A stretch of 64,000 nt of DNA from Cyanidioschyzon merolae (lineage: Eukaryota): assembly GCA_000091205.1 (NCBI GenBank), contig AP006490.2; one strand, given 5' to 3'. Both the position numbers and the translations under genes were made by a program. The notes beneath the pieces were generated by a model, which saw nothing but the letters and a program-made list of their open reading frames with translations, did no database searches and was not told where the DNA came from. Positions 1 through 14,300 of this stretch are shown piece by piece (position 1 is the first letter of the stretch; the number at the start of each line of letters is the position of its first letter).

Positions 1-4
1 CGTT

Positions 5-2203
5 TTGCTATACGAAGCGTTCGCGACGCGCTCCGTGATCCCAACGCAAGGCCAAACAGAGGCCGTTGCCGGGCTTCGACCCAATTCAGAGTGCGCTTCG
101 TCTAGTCTGGAGCCCTGTCATGGCTCAACGCTGACGCTGGCGGATCTCGAGTGCCTGGAGGATGCGGCATCGCAGCCGACGAGCAAAGCCCCAAGCCATA
201 TCTTGGTGCTGGAGGAACTGCGAGCACAGCGTCTCCTCGTGGATGCGGCAGAGCAGTGCGTTACATGGGCTTTTCATACCATGGTGAACGATACGTCTCG
301 TGCGACTCGTTTGCTCGAAGCGGCTCGGTGGGCACTCGCAGCGGCCTGTTGGGATAATTGGCATCAAATGGACAACTGGCTTCGAGGCTCCCCCGAGAGT
401 GCATGCCGCAGTGATAACACATTGGAGCGCGTTCCCAGCGCGTACGGCAAGCGCTTAGCACGTGCATGCTACTGGTGGCATCGAGTGGTGCAGTGGCTTC
501 GTTTTCGGAATCGGCTGGCGACACTGATGCCGCTCTCGGCTCATCAGTTGCAACAACCTGGAATGCTCAGACAGGTCATCGGAAGTATCGTGCGTTATGC
601 CGCTGCCACTGCGCTGAGTGGTGGCCAAGGCGTGCCGGCAACCGCAACGACAAGAACATCAACAACAAGTACAACAGCAGCACACCAAGTCTCGATTGAA
701 GAGCGCATCTCGGCGCTCTACGATCTGATCGAGGAAAGCCTCCAGCTGACTGTGTGCTTGTCGCGAGCGGATATCACAACGGCTTTCGCAGTGGCCTTGT
801 TGCGCCATGGCGCGGCTTACCATCGAGATGGATGTCTCCAACGCGCCGAACAATGGATTCGGGCGCTTTTTCTGCCAGCGAGTCTTGCGGGCGAGAAGTG
901 TACCCCTATCCAGCAGGCGCTCTCAGAACGAATGGCTCCCTTCCTGCGGTACGCAGCAGCCAGTGCGATAGCTTTCCAAATTGGTCTCGACCGGCTTGCG
1001 TACGAGCTAGCACTGACGGAGCCTGATCCCGGTAGACGGATCCGAGCGCTTTGTGGCCTCTCGGATGCAACAGCGGCCGCACAGGCGCTGCAAGTGTTCG
1101 TCGGCTTCTATCCACGCCTGTCGATCGAGTATCTGCTGATTATTTTGGATTGGTATCTGGAAAGGGACGCAAGTCTCCACGAGCTATCAAAGACGCTACA
1201 GGCGTATCCGATGTTACAGGACATCATCCTCACTGAACTGAACCAACGCGGCGACAAAATCACCTACGCGCAAGTGCTCAGGTTACTGGGGCGGCGAGCG
1301 AGGCGTGTCACCGAAGCGCCGCCCCTCGATGATCGCATCGCGTTCGAGCACAAGGAGCCATCGCCAGGCGCGAATAGATCACGATTCTGGAGTCTGGCCC
1401 AGTGGCTGGACTGGGGCAGTGTCGGAGTCGGCGATCAAGCGCCCGAGATGTCGCAGGGTCAGTTGCTGCCTCGCTTGCGGGCTGATCTGACACAAACATT
1501 GCAGGCGATGCCACGCGCAACAACATTGGCACCGATCCTGGAAGAATGCTTGGCTGCGGACTGGGTGCGGATCCCAGCGAAACTGTTGATCGCTGCATTG
1601 CTTCTTGATATCATGCAGCCAGCGACGACGAATGTGCATCGAACACGTTCCGAGCTTGCGTCCAGGTGCCTCAAGGTGGAGGCGCGATGGGCCCAACACG
1701 TTGCGCTTGTGCTCTTGAAAAAAAGGGCCTTGCCGTATGCCGCCGACTCCTCTGAGGCATTGGAACCTGAGTACCTACGTGCCCGATGGATGACGTACCT
1801 GACGCATTTGGCGAATCTGGCGACGCGGAACCGGCGAGTTGCCGCTTCAACGCCTTTCATGGGGGCATCAGCGAGCGTGCTGCGCTCGGCTGCGAGCGGC
1901 TTCCATCGACATCGTGCAGGGCATTCGGGCATGCCGCGCGATGCGTTCACTGCCGCCGCCGAATCGACTGGGCTGCCGTGGGGGCGCCCTGCATCGCCCT
2001 TGGCCGACTGGGATCGCCAGCTGCTTCTGGATATGTGCCTGACCATTTGGTCGTCACGGGTCTCCGGAGCCGAGCGAGAGACTCTGCGGCAATGTATTCG
2101 TGATGTCCAAGCGAGTCTCGAAGACGAGGCGCTACGGCAAACGTACGCCGAGCGATGGCAGCGACTGGAACACATCGAATCGGTGGCTCCGGGCCAGTCG
2201 TAG
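5..2203 (+). CDS. hypothetical protein, 5-prime partial (frame is open to the window edge; the TTG at position 5 is not a real start)
   Basis: A 732-codon open frame continuous with the window start. Composition is protein-like and I recognise no domain. The overlapping antisense ORFs (e.g. 1459-2175) are Arg/Ser-rich, which is the usual GC-rich artefact. Confidence 0.5.
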   Translation: MLYEAFATRSVIPTQGQTEAVAGLRPNSECASSSLEPCHGSTLTLADLECLEDAASQPTSKAPSHILVLEELRAQRLLVDAAEQCVTWAFHTMVNDTSRATRLLEAARWALAAACWDNWHQMDNWLRGSPESACRSDNTLERVPSAYGKRLARACYWWHRVVQWLRFRNRLATLMPLSAHQLQQPGMLRQVIGSIVRYAAATALSGGQGVPATATTRTSTTSTTAAHQVSIEERISALYDLIEESLQLTVCLSRADITTAFAVALLRHGAAYHRDGCLQRAEQWIRALFLPASLAGEKCTPIQQALSERMAPFLRYAAASAIAFQIGLDRLAYELALTEPDPGRRIRALCGLSDATAAAQALQVFVGFYPRLSIEYLLIILDWYLERDASLHELSKTLQAYPMLQDIILTELNQRGDKITYAQVLRLLGRRARRVTEAPPLDDRIAFEHKEPSPGANRSRFWSLAQWLDWGSVGVGDQAPEMSQGQLLPRLRADLTQTLQAMPRATTLAPILEECLAADWVRIPAKLLIAALLLDIMQPATTNVHRTRSELASRCLKVEARWAQHVALVLLKKRALPYAADSSEALEPEYLRARWMTYLTHLANLATRNRRVAASTPFMGASASVLRSAASGFHRHRAGHSGMPRDAFTAAAESTGLPWGRPASPLADWDRQLLLDMCLTIWSSRVSGAERETLRQCIRDVQASLEDEALRQTYAERWQRLEHIESVAPGQS

Positions 2204-2637
2204 CGTCTTGCTGGCGAAATGATGCACAGGGCCGTCGTTCGCGTCCATATCCGTCATCGACTTGGGGCGATTGCGCGTTGCAAACGGTCCCCAGGGGCTT
2301 GGGCTCGTCTTAGATGCGGTGCTCGATGCAGGCAAATGCACTCGTCGATGCTGATGATGTCGTTGTCGGTGAGGGCGCGCATGTTCGCAAGACAACATAA
2401 CAGCGGATCCACAATCAGGTCATGATGTGCGTGCAGCTGGCCGTGATCGGGATATCGGCGACTGCTCATTTGCTTACAGAGACCAGCTCTTCTTGCGCTT
2501 GGCGCTCTTCGTCTCAGAGCGGCGTCCGTGAACCCATGATCCTATCGTTCGACTCTTGGTGATCGATAGGCTCCCTCATGCGGAGATACCAGATCGTGTT
2601 GGTCGCAAGCAGCGAACGAAGTATTTATTCCACAAGC

Positions 2638-4890
2638 TCAAAAGCGACCCTGGCTAATGTCGACTGGTGAGATGTCATTTGACGTTTTCTGTGCAAATGG
2701 GCCGCAGCCAGCTGTTTCCAGAAGCGACTCAGGGAAGAGCAAGTTATCCCAGCGTTGACGCATTGGTTCATACATGACCCGACAGATTGGTGTGAACGCT
2801 GCCTCTGGGCATTCCAGCGAATGCGACGATAAGTTCGATACTGACCCAGATCCACGCCTGGCAGGCATTTGGTGCGACTGGGGCCCTGCTACCACAGACG
2901 GTGAACACTGAGTCGGATGAACATGTGATACGAGTGTCTCCGGACACGGCGTGCATGGTACCGCTCTGCAGCAAGGGAGTTTCTCGCGCAGCTGCTTACA
3001 GCAGCTGCGCAACGCCTCTGCACCCACAGATAGTTGCTGCTGTGCAAGCAACGCAACATACCGCCTGCGCTCATCGTAGCCGCGTTCCCCCAGGGCTTCG
3101 ATCAAACATGCACTGGCGATAACGTCCGAGGAAAATTGCAAAATCGATAGATCTTGAAGGCAGTGATCAGCGTAACTCTCCGCGAGAGCCAGGAGTTGAT
3201 CGGGTGCGGGCCATGTGCCGCTGCGCACAGGTGTGAAACATGCATGCGGCGACTCCTGCTCGGGTATCTCCATATTTTCGGTCCGAGGACTGAGCGACGC
3301 CTCTATCAGTTGTGCTGGGAGACGTGTGCTCGTAGGCTGAGCGGGGTTCTCGATTGCGGGATCTGTTGTCGATGACCGAATCGCACCGGTAAGACATCGG
3401 GCTCTAACTGGTGTAGTCGCCTCCTCTACGCGCGAGTAATATCGGTTTTGTTCATTCCAAAGTTGGTCATTGGTGTCCTGGTACAAACGATAGAGCAGAT
3501 AGAGACAGCTGTAAATAGTTGGGCATTGGAGTTCCCAATGGAGCCAGTCCAAAACTTGCGGTTCAATGCTGCGAATGCGTCGCCAGATTGCCTGTGAGTC
3601 GCTTTCAGTTGAAACGGCGCCAGCTTGCTCCGCGTCCGATGCCTCGGGCTTGCGGCCTGGAAGCGCCTGCAGCTGGCACGGCAACTTGCTCGTGATAGGA
3701 CTTCTCCAGCTTCCCTGACGCAGAGGCGTTATCGTGGAGAAACTCCGCCAAGCAGCCGGCTCGAAGCACAAAAGCTTCGCCTGGAAAGACTTCAGCTGCT
3801 CGATTCTGCTGGTGCGTTGGTGTGCAGGCGCAGCGACCCCCGGGCAGTTGCCAGGCAATGAACTCGAGCGGTCGCTGGTCGAAGGCACACCACTCAGGTC
3901 TCCTGTGTCCTGCTCCAGGTGCAAGCTCTGGCTGAGCGACTTCAGCTGCCAGCCTGTGCGCTCTGGGTGCGGTGACGTCGTCGATGTTTTGCGCAGGAGC
4001 CACTCGAGGACGCGAACGACTGAAGCGCTCTCGTCTTTGATAGGGTATCGTTCCTGAACTTTTCCGGCGATTAAAAGGCAGCTGGCTGCGTGCTCGAGCC
4101 ATGCAGACAGGGTCACGTTTCCTCTGATGCAATCGAAGAAATGAACAGCGAGGCCTGCCGTCTCCCGCCGAAACTGCATCTCTGCGGCAGCAGCGAAAAG
4201 CCACCAAATAATGACGGATCGCGCTCCGCGCTCTTCTGCGGAAGACGCAAGTTGGTTACGCATGCTACGCTTCTCGCAGGCAGAGCGGCTTATGCGTGTT
4301 TCAGAAGGCACTGATCTGCATGCCATATGTGCATTCTCATGCGAATGGTGCCGTGCCTCCAAAAACATGTGCTGAGCTCGTTGTAGGAGCGAGCTTCCCG
4401 ACACATCCGCTGGGCCTATGCAGAACCAGTCGGATTCCAGTGCGCGTTTGACTGCACGAGCAGGGTTCGCACCTCCGTGCACAGATGCCGCGCGAGAACC
4501 ACATCCACTGGATCGTACACGTGAACGAGTTTTCGCTGGTGCAGGATTCGTTCCGGTTTCTTGCAGTTCTGTCCCACAAGCAAGTCTTCCAGCCTGATAA
4601 CGGTCTTCATGAGGGCCTTGACCAGGCATCAACGAGTCTCGCACGCGTCGCTCAGGTACCGGCCAGCAAGGATAGTCGATTCGGAACCCGGCTAAGGATG
4701 TCGCTGGGGTAGCGAGATGGCTCTGGACGGATACGATGCGTCCGCTCGGCTGTTGCCGTCCAGCGCTGGTAGTGCGCCCTCTGCGGCTCGTAAGCTTCAG
4801 CGGCGCCATTACAGGGGCGAGATCCGTCCGACGGCAGATACCCCTGCGCGGTCGCCCCGCTGGCGGTCTTCGTGCCGGCGATGTTCCCAT
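2638..4890 (-). CDS. hypothetical protein (750-codon ORF; the Arg-rich N-terminal ~100 aa suggests the real start is downstream of 4890)
   Basis: Longest ORF in this interval; all + strand ORFs here are 107 aa or shorter. ATG at 4888-4890. It is convergent with the 5..2203 gene. No domain recognised. Confidence 0.45.
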   Translation of the reverse strand: MGTSPARRPPAGRPRRGICRRTDLAPVMAPLKLTSRRGRTTSAGRQQPSGRIVSVQSHLATPATSLAGFRIDYPCWPVPERRVRDSLMPGQGPHEDRYQAGRLACGTELQETGTNPAPAKTRSRVRSSGCGSRAASVHGGANPARAVKRALESDWFCIGPADVSGSSLLQRAQHMFLEARHHSHENAHMACRSVPSETRISRSACEKRSMRNQLASSAEERGARSVIIWWLFAAAAEMQFRRETAGLAVHFFDCIRGNVTLSAWLEHAASCLLIAGKVQERYPIKDESASVVRVLEWLLRKTSTTSPHPERTGWQLKSLSQSLHLEQDTGDLSGVPSTSDRSSSLPGNCPGVAAPAHQRTSRIEQLKSFQAKLLCFEPAAWRSFSTITPLRQGSWRSPITSKLPCQLQALPGRKPEASDAEQAGAVSTESDSQAIWRRIRSIEPQVLDWLHWELQCPTIYSCLYLLYRLYQDTNDQLWNEQNRYYSRVEEATTPVRARCLTGAIRSSTTDPAIENPAQPTSTRLPAQLIEASLSPRTENMEIPEQESPHACFTPVRSGTWPAPDQLLALAESYADHCLQDLSILQFSSDVIASACLIEALGERGYDERRRYVALLAQQQLSVGAEALRSCCKQLREKLPCCRAVPCTPCPETLVSHVHPTQCSPSVVAGPQSHQMPARRGSGSVSNLSSHSLECPEAAFTPICRVMYEPMRQRWDNLLFPESLLETAGCGPFAQKTSNDISPVDISQGRF

Positions 4891-5328
4891 CTCAGAGCCG
4901 CCCTTTGCGTCCGTTCAGAGAGCGAACACCCCAACTGGCGGCCGAATCGAACGCCACAGTCCAGCAGAGGCACGCTCTCTTTCCGCCCCAGTGCCGCGAA
5001 ACGCCCTCTGCTCGCTGACGTGTCACGCGAAAAGAAACTACGCGGCGAACGATCCCTCGACGTATCACAGGAACAGTTATTTAATAGCGTTATCGCTCAA
5101 GTCCGGACACTTTTACGCTGCGCTCTCTGGAGCGTACGGACAACCACCGAAGAACTAAGCCCGCAGACAAACCACTAGCCAATTTCGACACAACAACGGA
5201 AGATGTCGTCTATTATTCAAAAGAGTGCCTACCCGGGAGTCGTCGGATACACTGAACAAGGACAAGTCCGAAAGCATCCATTGACGCTCGCGTCGACACT
5301 TGCGTGCACAGTCAAAAGTTCAGCGTTA

Positions 5329-5375
5329 CACGCATAACACGCATAACACGCATAACACGCACAACACGCGTACCT
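5329..5375. repeat. 9-bp tandem repeat (CACGCATAA x ~4.5) in the divergent intergenic region upstream of gyrB
   Basis: Reads cgcataacacgcataacacgcataacacgcacaacacg. Confidence 0.9.
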
Positions 5376-5622
5376 GATGCAGACTGTGCGTGTCCTAGCG
5401 TCGTGCGTGTTCGCGCCGCTCAGCGCTGACGCCTTGCCCGCTGATCGCGGAAAGGCAGCGGCATCTGCGGGGCGCCTCCGCAAGATCGCGACGCGCCACC
5501 GACGCGATCCTTGCAAGGCGAGTTTCGCTTGGCACCGCCGGTGTACCAACCTTCCCGTAGGGAATTCCCCTAGGGCATTCCCTTCCGAGCGATTCACGCG
5601 CCTCTCCAACTGCCGACGATAG

Positions 5623-8115
<2,493 letters not shown>

Positions 8116-8317
8116 GCTTGCCCATACTCCAGCACGACATGTAAACGCTATGTTTCGTCTCGAGCAGCCTCGTTTACCAGCAGAGGAATCGCTGGGAACA
8201 CCAAATGCCGCGCCCGCGGTTTGCTTCCTCGTGTCCGATGCGCTATGCACGGGATGGCCTCTTGCAACCGCAGCCCGTTCGCCCGCACGCACTTGCCTCG
8301 CATCATCCCGTGCTAGT

Positions 8318-11300
8318 CTAAGTTCCCTCTTCGATCGGTGCCGGTATCGTTTCGAATAAACGTCCCGGCGGGCGCGCAATCAGCCGACCATCTTTTGCGT
8401 AGAGGAAAACAGCACTCAAATCATCACGCAGTCGAACGCGAACATGCACGGATTGAGGATCGTTCACGTCGCCGGAGCCGCCACCAGTCCACGCCTGCAG
8501 GACACCCAGGGCGCGTGACATCGCATGCGTGCTCCCGATGACGTGTCCGAATGCGTGCGCACTCGGTGCCCGCGATGCGTGCACATCGTGTGTCTGCACT
8601 GCTTCGGCTGCGTGGCGATCGAGCGACGGCGATGCCAAATCGATTTGGCGTTCTTCGCCCTGGAGATAGAGTATGACCTGCACATCGTGGGGCGCATGCA
8701 CCCCCGGTCCTGGCGCTGGTGGCCGACCCACATCGAGGCACGCTTGAATCCAGCCGATCGCTTGCACCGAGCCAGGGCGAAAGCAGGCCGCTGCCTCAAC
8801 CATGCTCGGCAACGGTGTCGATGCCTCGGCGTCATGATGACGCAGCGCCCAGGCGATCCAAACCACTGTATCCGCGTTGGCGGTGCGCGTGCCCCAGAGT
8901 TGGCCACAAGTCATACCCGCGAGCAAAAGACCGCGGACGAGGCCTCTCGGTAGATGGAGCTCGAATCGCTTGGCGAGATGCGGCATCGCCGAGATCGTCG
9001 CCTGTTCCGGGCGCTCGCCTCCGTACAGACTGCCACTGGTGTGTCCAGGCTCGACAACGTGCAGGTTTTCGAGAACGTCTGGGAGTCGTCGGTACAAGGA
9101 CAGTAGCCGTTGCTGTTCTGCATTCGTTACCGTGACCGACGACGTGCGGTACTCCTGCCGCTCAAATGGCGTGGTGGTCTCCACCGAAATCACATTGCCA
9201 TACCGGTCGAATGCGGCAACCGTCTTCGGTCGTGTGTGCTCCAGCACCTGCTCCGTTCCGTCGTCATCCCTGCCACCTGGCTGATCACCAGCGACATGGG
9301 CAGGGCGTAGACGCACGGGCACCAGCGACTGGAGCTCTAGTTCCAGACGGCGCCAGTCAGTCTCGGGAAGCGCGGGCCACAGCCAAGGTGTCGCGGAGCC
9401 CGCGCTCTCCTCGTCCGCCGACCGCTGAGGCCACACCAGCTGCAGGACACGCTCTGGCGCCCGGTCCAAGGCGTGGAGCAGGAGCAGGAAGCGCGCCGAC
9501 GCGATCCACACGGGCACATGCTCAAGCCAATCCGCGTAGCCACTCCAGATCGAAAGCTCGCTGGAGCGCGCAGTCTGAGTACGGTCGCGGATCTCCGGCA
9601 GCGCCATTAGCGCCTGCAGCGGCATGGCCGCCGCACCGGCACGCACAGGAATTTTGGCATACTCGGTGCCTGCCAAGAGCGTCTTCAACGGGTCCATGGA
9701 TGCGGTTTGTGCGAGCACGATGCCCCGCGGTAGCTCTTCAGTTGGCTGTGAACGGAGCATGGTTAAAACGTGCTCAGCGCATTTCCACTTGGCGAGTTGC
9801 GCTCGCCGGGTTTGGCCAGCCCACGTAGTCCGATGGACAATCTTCACAAACAGTCGCCCTGTCGACGTCTCCCATATCCAGATAACACCGTTCGCATGTG
9901 GCCTGTACGCAGTGCGATCATCCACGATCCAGAGGCGTTGCCGCCACAAGTCGCCGCCGCACCCCACGAGCAGAGGTATCGTATCGGAAGCCGATGTCGT
10001 AGTCGTCGCCGCCTGCAGCGTCTCGCTTTCCACCGTCTCCATGACGTAGAGCTGAAGCGCTTTGCGAATGCGTTCACGAAGGAGCGCGAGTGCCTGGTTA
10101 TGCATAAGCATCCGGCGCGATTCCTCGGTCACGATCGACACGACGCCCATGGCGCAGGCGTGCCCAAAAGCAGACCACTCGCCGTAGGCTAGATCAAAGA
10201 CCACGACCAGTCCATGGTGAGACGGGTACAGACTCGACGCTCCCGGTGCTGTATACGCCCGAAATTTTTGCGCTGCGTATTGCGCGGCATCATGGTCGTC
10301 GTAGTCGCCCCAACGGAGCTGGACATCAATCCAATAGATTTTGGCTGCCGCGTCGCTACCTGGCGGCCGCAGCGACGATCGCCCTTGACCGCCCGCATTG
10401 GATTCGAAGGCGACGGCCTCGTCCACGGGCAAGGCGTCACCGGACACGAGAATCGGTTGCTCGAAATCGATTCTAATATCCGCGCTGCTCCAGTGCATGC
10501 GATAAGACTTGCGCGGATGGATTCGTTCCTTCTGCACCGTGACCGCAACACGCGCCTCGCGCGAGCGCGCCCCCAGCTCTGTATCCAATGCTTTGCACAA
10601 ATCAAGTACCAGACTTTCATGAATACGCTGCCAGAGATGGCCTCGGAACACCTGCAAAAGGCTGATTTTGAGCGTCGAAAGCTTGCCGTACATGAAGATC
10701 CCCGTCAGATCGAGCTGGGCGCGGAAGCCCATGTACACCCGGCTGCGATTGATGGTCGGCGACCACCAGAGCGTGAATCGGCGATTGGGTATCTGGACAA
10801 GTCCAGATCGCTGCGCCCGCGTCAACGGCCTGCCCGCGAGTTTGTGCTCAAAGCCGTGGTCGCCCCAGACGATGCCTCGCCAATCTCGATACCCAGTTGC
10901 CGCAAAGAGCGTATGCGACAGGATTGCCGGCACGCCACCCAAAGCATGCGTAACCTGACTCCGGTAGTCGTCCAGCTCCCAAAGGCGTCCGTCGTGCATG
11001 AAATCTAGCCACCAGAGGGCGTTCTTCCGCCCGGTAACGTGCACGCGCAAGAGACTTCGCACACGATAGCCGTGATCGAGCGTCCACAACGCTCCTTGCG
11101 GGTGATAGCGTGCAGCCAAACGTGGCAGACCGCGATGCAGCCATGCTGGTGGCAGCAGTCGCCGATCGAGGTGTGCCCCAAATGCCTGCGCTCGTTCTTG
11201 AAGCTCGCGCTCCAGCAACTCCGCGTCAGCGATCTCATCGAGCCAGCTTGGTATGAAGGACCACAGCGACGGCACCGGGTCGTGGCCTATGTTCATCATT

Positions 11301-14300
11301 TCGAGGCCGCCGAGGCTGCGCGGAGCGTAGAACACCACCGGTGGGAAGCGCACCGGCATCTTCGAGTTCAGACCCAGCTTGATCCTGTTCTGTACGCGCT
11401 CTTGGGCATGCTGGACAAATTGCCGTACGGTTGGATCATTCGCTGCGACTTGGCGATACATGCCGGCAAAGTGGAGTGCTAACGCATTCCACCGGGCTGC
11501 CACGCGCGTAAATGGGGCATGTATGGTCGCCATCAACAGGCGCTGAACATCCAGCGCCCATCGCTGCAGCGCGTGCGGCGAGACGCGAACATACGCCACG
11601 GTGCGCCCGCTGGGCAATGACCAACGCATCCCTGCAGTTGCTGCTGCTTCTGATGCGGGTCGAGCGCTGCCCATGCCAGCAGGCAGGATTCTGTCAAAAC
11701 CGCTTGCGAGCATTCGCACCTCGAATCCAAACATTTCGAAGAAAAGACTGGGATTCTCGGGCCCTGACACGACGCTTACCGCAGTCTGGGATTCGGGCAT
11801 CTCGACGAGTGGTCGGAGCGCACTCACGCCCGGGCCAATGCGATCGCGAATCGCATCAAAGAGGGCTCGACCCAGCAGACAGTCGAAGGGGCGCAGGCGC
11901 ATGCGCACTGCACTCGGCCAGCACCGTCGACTGGGGTACAGCGCCGCGTCGAGAAGTGTCTCCCGCTCCGGATGGCGTTCGTAACGCTGCTCGAGACGCG
12001 TAACAGCCACACGCGCAGTCTCTTCGGGAACCCGAATCAGCGCATACAGTCGATCGAGAATTCGTTCGTAGGCAAGCAGCCGCATCGACGGGCAACTACG
12101 GGCGTCGTTGCGTCGCACGTCATGGTCGCCAGCGAGTTCGGCAGGCGGCCAGCTCGGCAGGCTCAGCAGGTCCGCGTCCATATCTGGTGCGCGAAACGCT
12201 AGATCTACCGCCGCCAGACCATAGAGCTGTTGCAGGAAACCTGAAAACTCCCAACCAGGCAGGATGCCAACCGACTGCGTATAACGCATGTCTTTGAACG
12301 TAATCGTTGCATTACAGCGGGCAATTAGATAATCAACGATTTCGGGTGCGAGCAACTGTCGCAGCAATCGATCCAGAACCAGCAAATCCGCGCGCTGAAA
12401 TAGCCCTGGCAATGGCGTTTGTATGAGGACCAGGAAGCTCTTGTTTGGTGCTGTTCCGAGTGTCCACAGATGAGGTATAGCATCCAAGCGTTCGACGAAA
12501 CGGAGGACGTGAACGGGCGGCAACTCATCGTCGCATGGCTGGACATGGGCCGGAAAAAGGCGCGTCTCCGTGGCCTTGTACCAGAGCCATTGATCGAGGA
12601 AAGCGTCCACCAGTCGCTCAAAGGAATCGATCCGATACACAGGCGTCAGGTCCGCGTCATCGTAGAAGCGGAGTTCCACCTGGTGACGCATTTGCACCGC
12701 CTGCAGTCGCTGCCGGATTCTATACAGCATCGCTGCAGGCGCTGCCTCTGCCTCTGTGACAAGTTCGCCGAGCCCCGGGGGACAGTGCTCGCCCTCCGTT
12801 TCCGGGCGGAGACGCTCGATCGCGAGTTGCAGTAATGCGGGAGCTAGCCCGGAATCCGCGTTATCTGCGGCGAACCAAGGCAATTGCCAAGGGCATGAGT
12901 CGGCAACACCTGCTTTCTCCAGGTACGTTGCGAATCTGTACAATATCGATGCTGCTTCGGTCGGCAACAGAAAGGGACCGTGCTCCAAATACTGCCGCTG
13001 ATGCGCCTGCTCATGGTGAACGGCAAGACGAGCAAGTCGCCCGTACATCTGGCGAACAAGTGCCTTATCCATGGAACGACCGCTTCGAAACGCAATCGCG
13101 AAGCGTCGAGCACCCTCTATCCACCATTGCGCCCGCTGCTGCACGTAATCCCGTACGAGTCTGTCGATTTCAGGGGGCATGTCTCGTACGTGCCACGGGA
13201 TATTGGCCTTCCAGCAGCGCCACGCCTGGTGCATATGCTGGAGAACACGCCTCGTATATAGTGGTTGACGCGCTGCTGGCAACAGTTGCCGAAGACGCGC
13301 TATAGTCTCCTGACGTAGCGCCACATCAAACTGCGACTCGAGTCGTTGCTTTGTGACGGTGCGTTGCGCCATGCGCAGCGGCTCGCGTCCTTCAAAATGG
13401 CGATTCAGCAGGTTACCCAACCACTGTTCGAGCAAGGGCATCAGGCCTCGAAGTAGGTGCACCCATTGCCGCCAGAGGGGTTGCCAGCAGGCCTTGCCGG
13501 GACCCGACCATCCGAAACGCTGATACATAAGATGCTTGAGGTCCTTGGTCGCATGGATTTGGCGCATAACCCGGTACTTGTAACGATAGAGACCTGTCAG
13601 TTCACCGATATGTGATTCGATGTACGTGATGCTGTCGGCGAGTTGAATGGCATCCGCGCCGAGACCCGCCCGATACCGCAGATGCACATCCACAATCAGC
13701 TTCACCATACGCATCCATTCGCGCATCAAATGAAACGCATTCCCGAAGCGAGACTGCTTTCGTTCTTTGGTCGTCAGCGTACGCAACGGCACGATCTGAA
13801 AATTGTAGTCCATGCTCAGAAAGAAGAATCGTTTTCGTCTCAAAAGTAGCAAAAACATCGATCGTGCAGCGTCGCACAGCCAGATGCCGACCTCCAACCA
13901 ATCCATACTGGTGCGATAAAAAAATCCCGATTGCCGCAACGTCCTCAGCAGATCCGGCCGTCGGTGCTGCTTCTCAGCTTCATCGCCAGCGTCTCCAGAG
14001 GCCGACTGGATCGCCAAAGTCGATTGCTTGCGCCCGCGACCACGTTCTTTTCGCAGGTAGCGAAGACGCTGTGCTTCTGCTTGTCGACAGCGTCGTTTCA
14101 ACAAGCTGTGGACTGCGGCAGTACTTTTCGGGCGCATGTAATGGACGCGCTCCAGTTGCCAGTACAACTCGCGTTCCATGTCGATATCCTGCATCCGCTT
14201 CCGTTTTCGAACACATCTGCCCTTATATGGACGCGGTGCATAGAGCAAATCGAGCCAGGCTCCGACGCGTTCGCCGCACGCGTCCAGATCGAAATCGCCC

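Noticed and set aside
1459-2175. 238-aa - strand ORF overlapping the 3-prime part of the first gene
   Set aside because: Arg/Ser-rich low-complexity translation on the strand opposite to a longer protein-like ORF.
9166-11008. Long + strand ORFs (220 aa and 264 aa) and many others antisense to PRP8
   Set aside because: They are Arg/Ala/Pro-rich and lie wholly inside a well-supported - strand gene. This is the usual spurious open-frame effect in GC-rich DNA.
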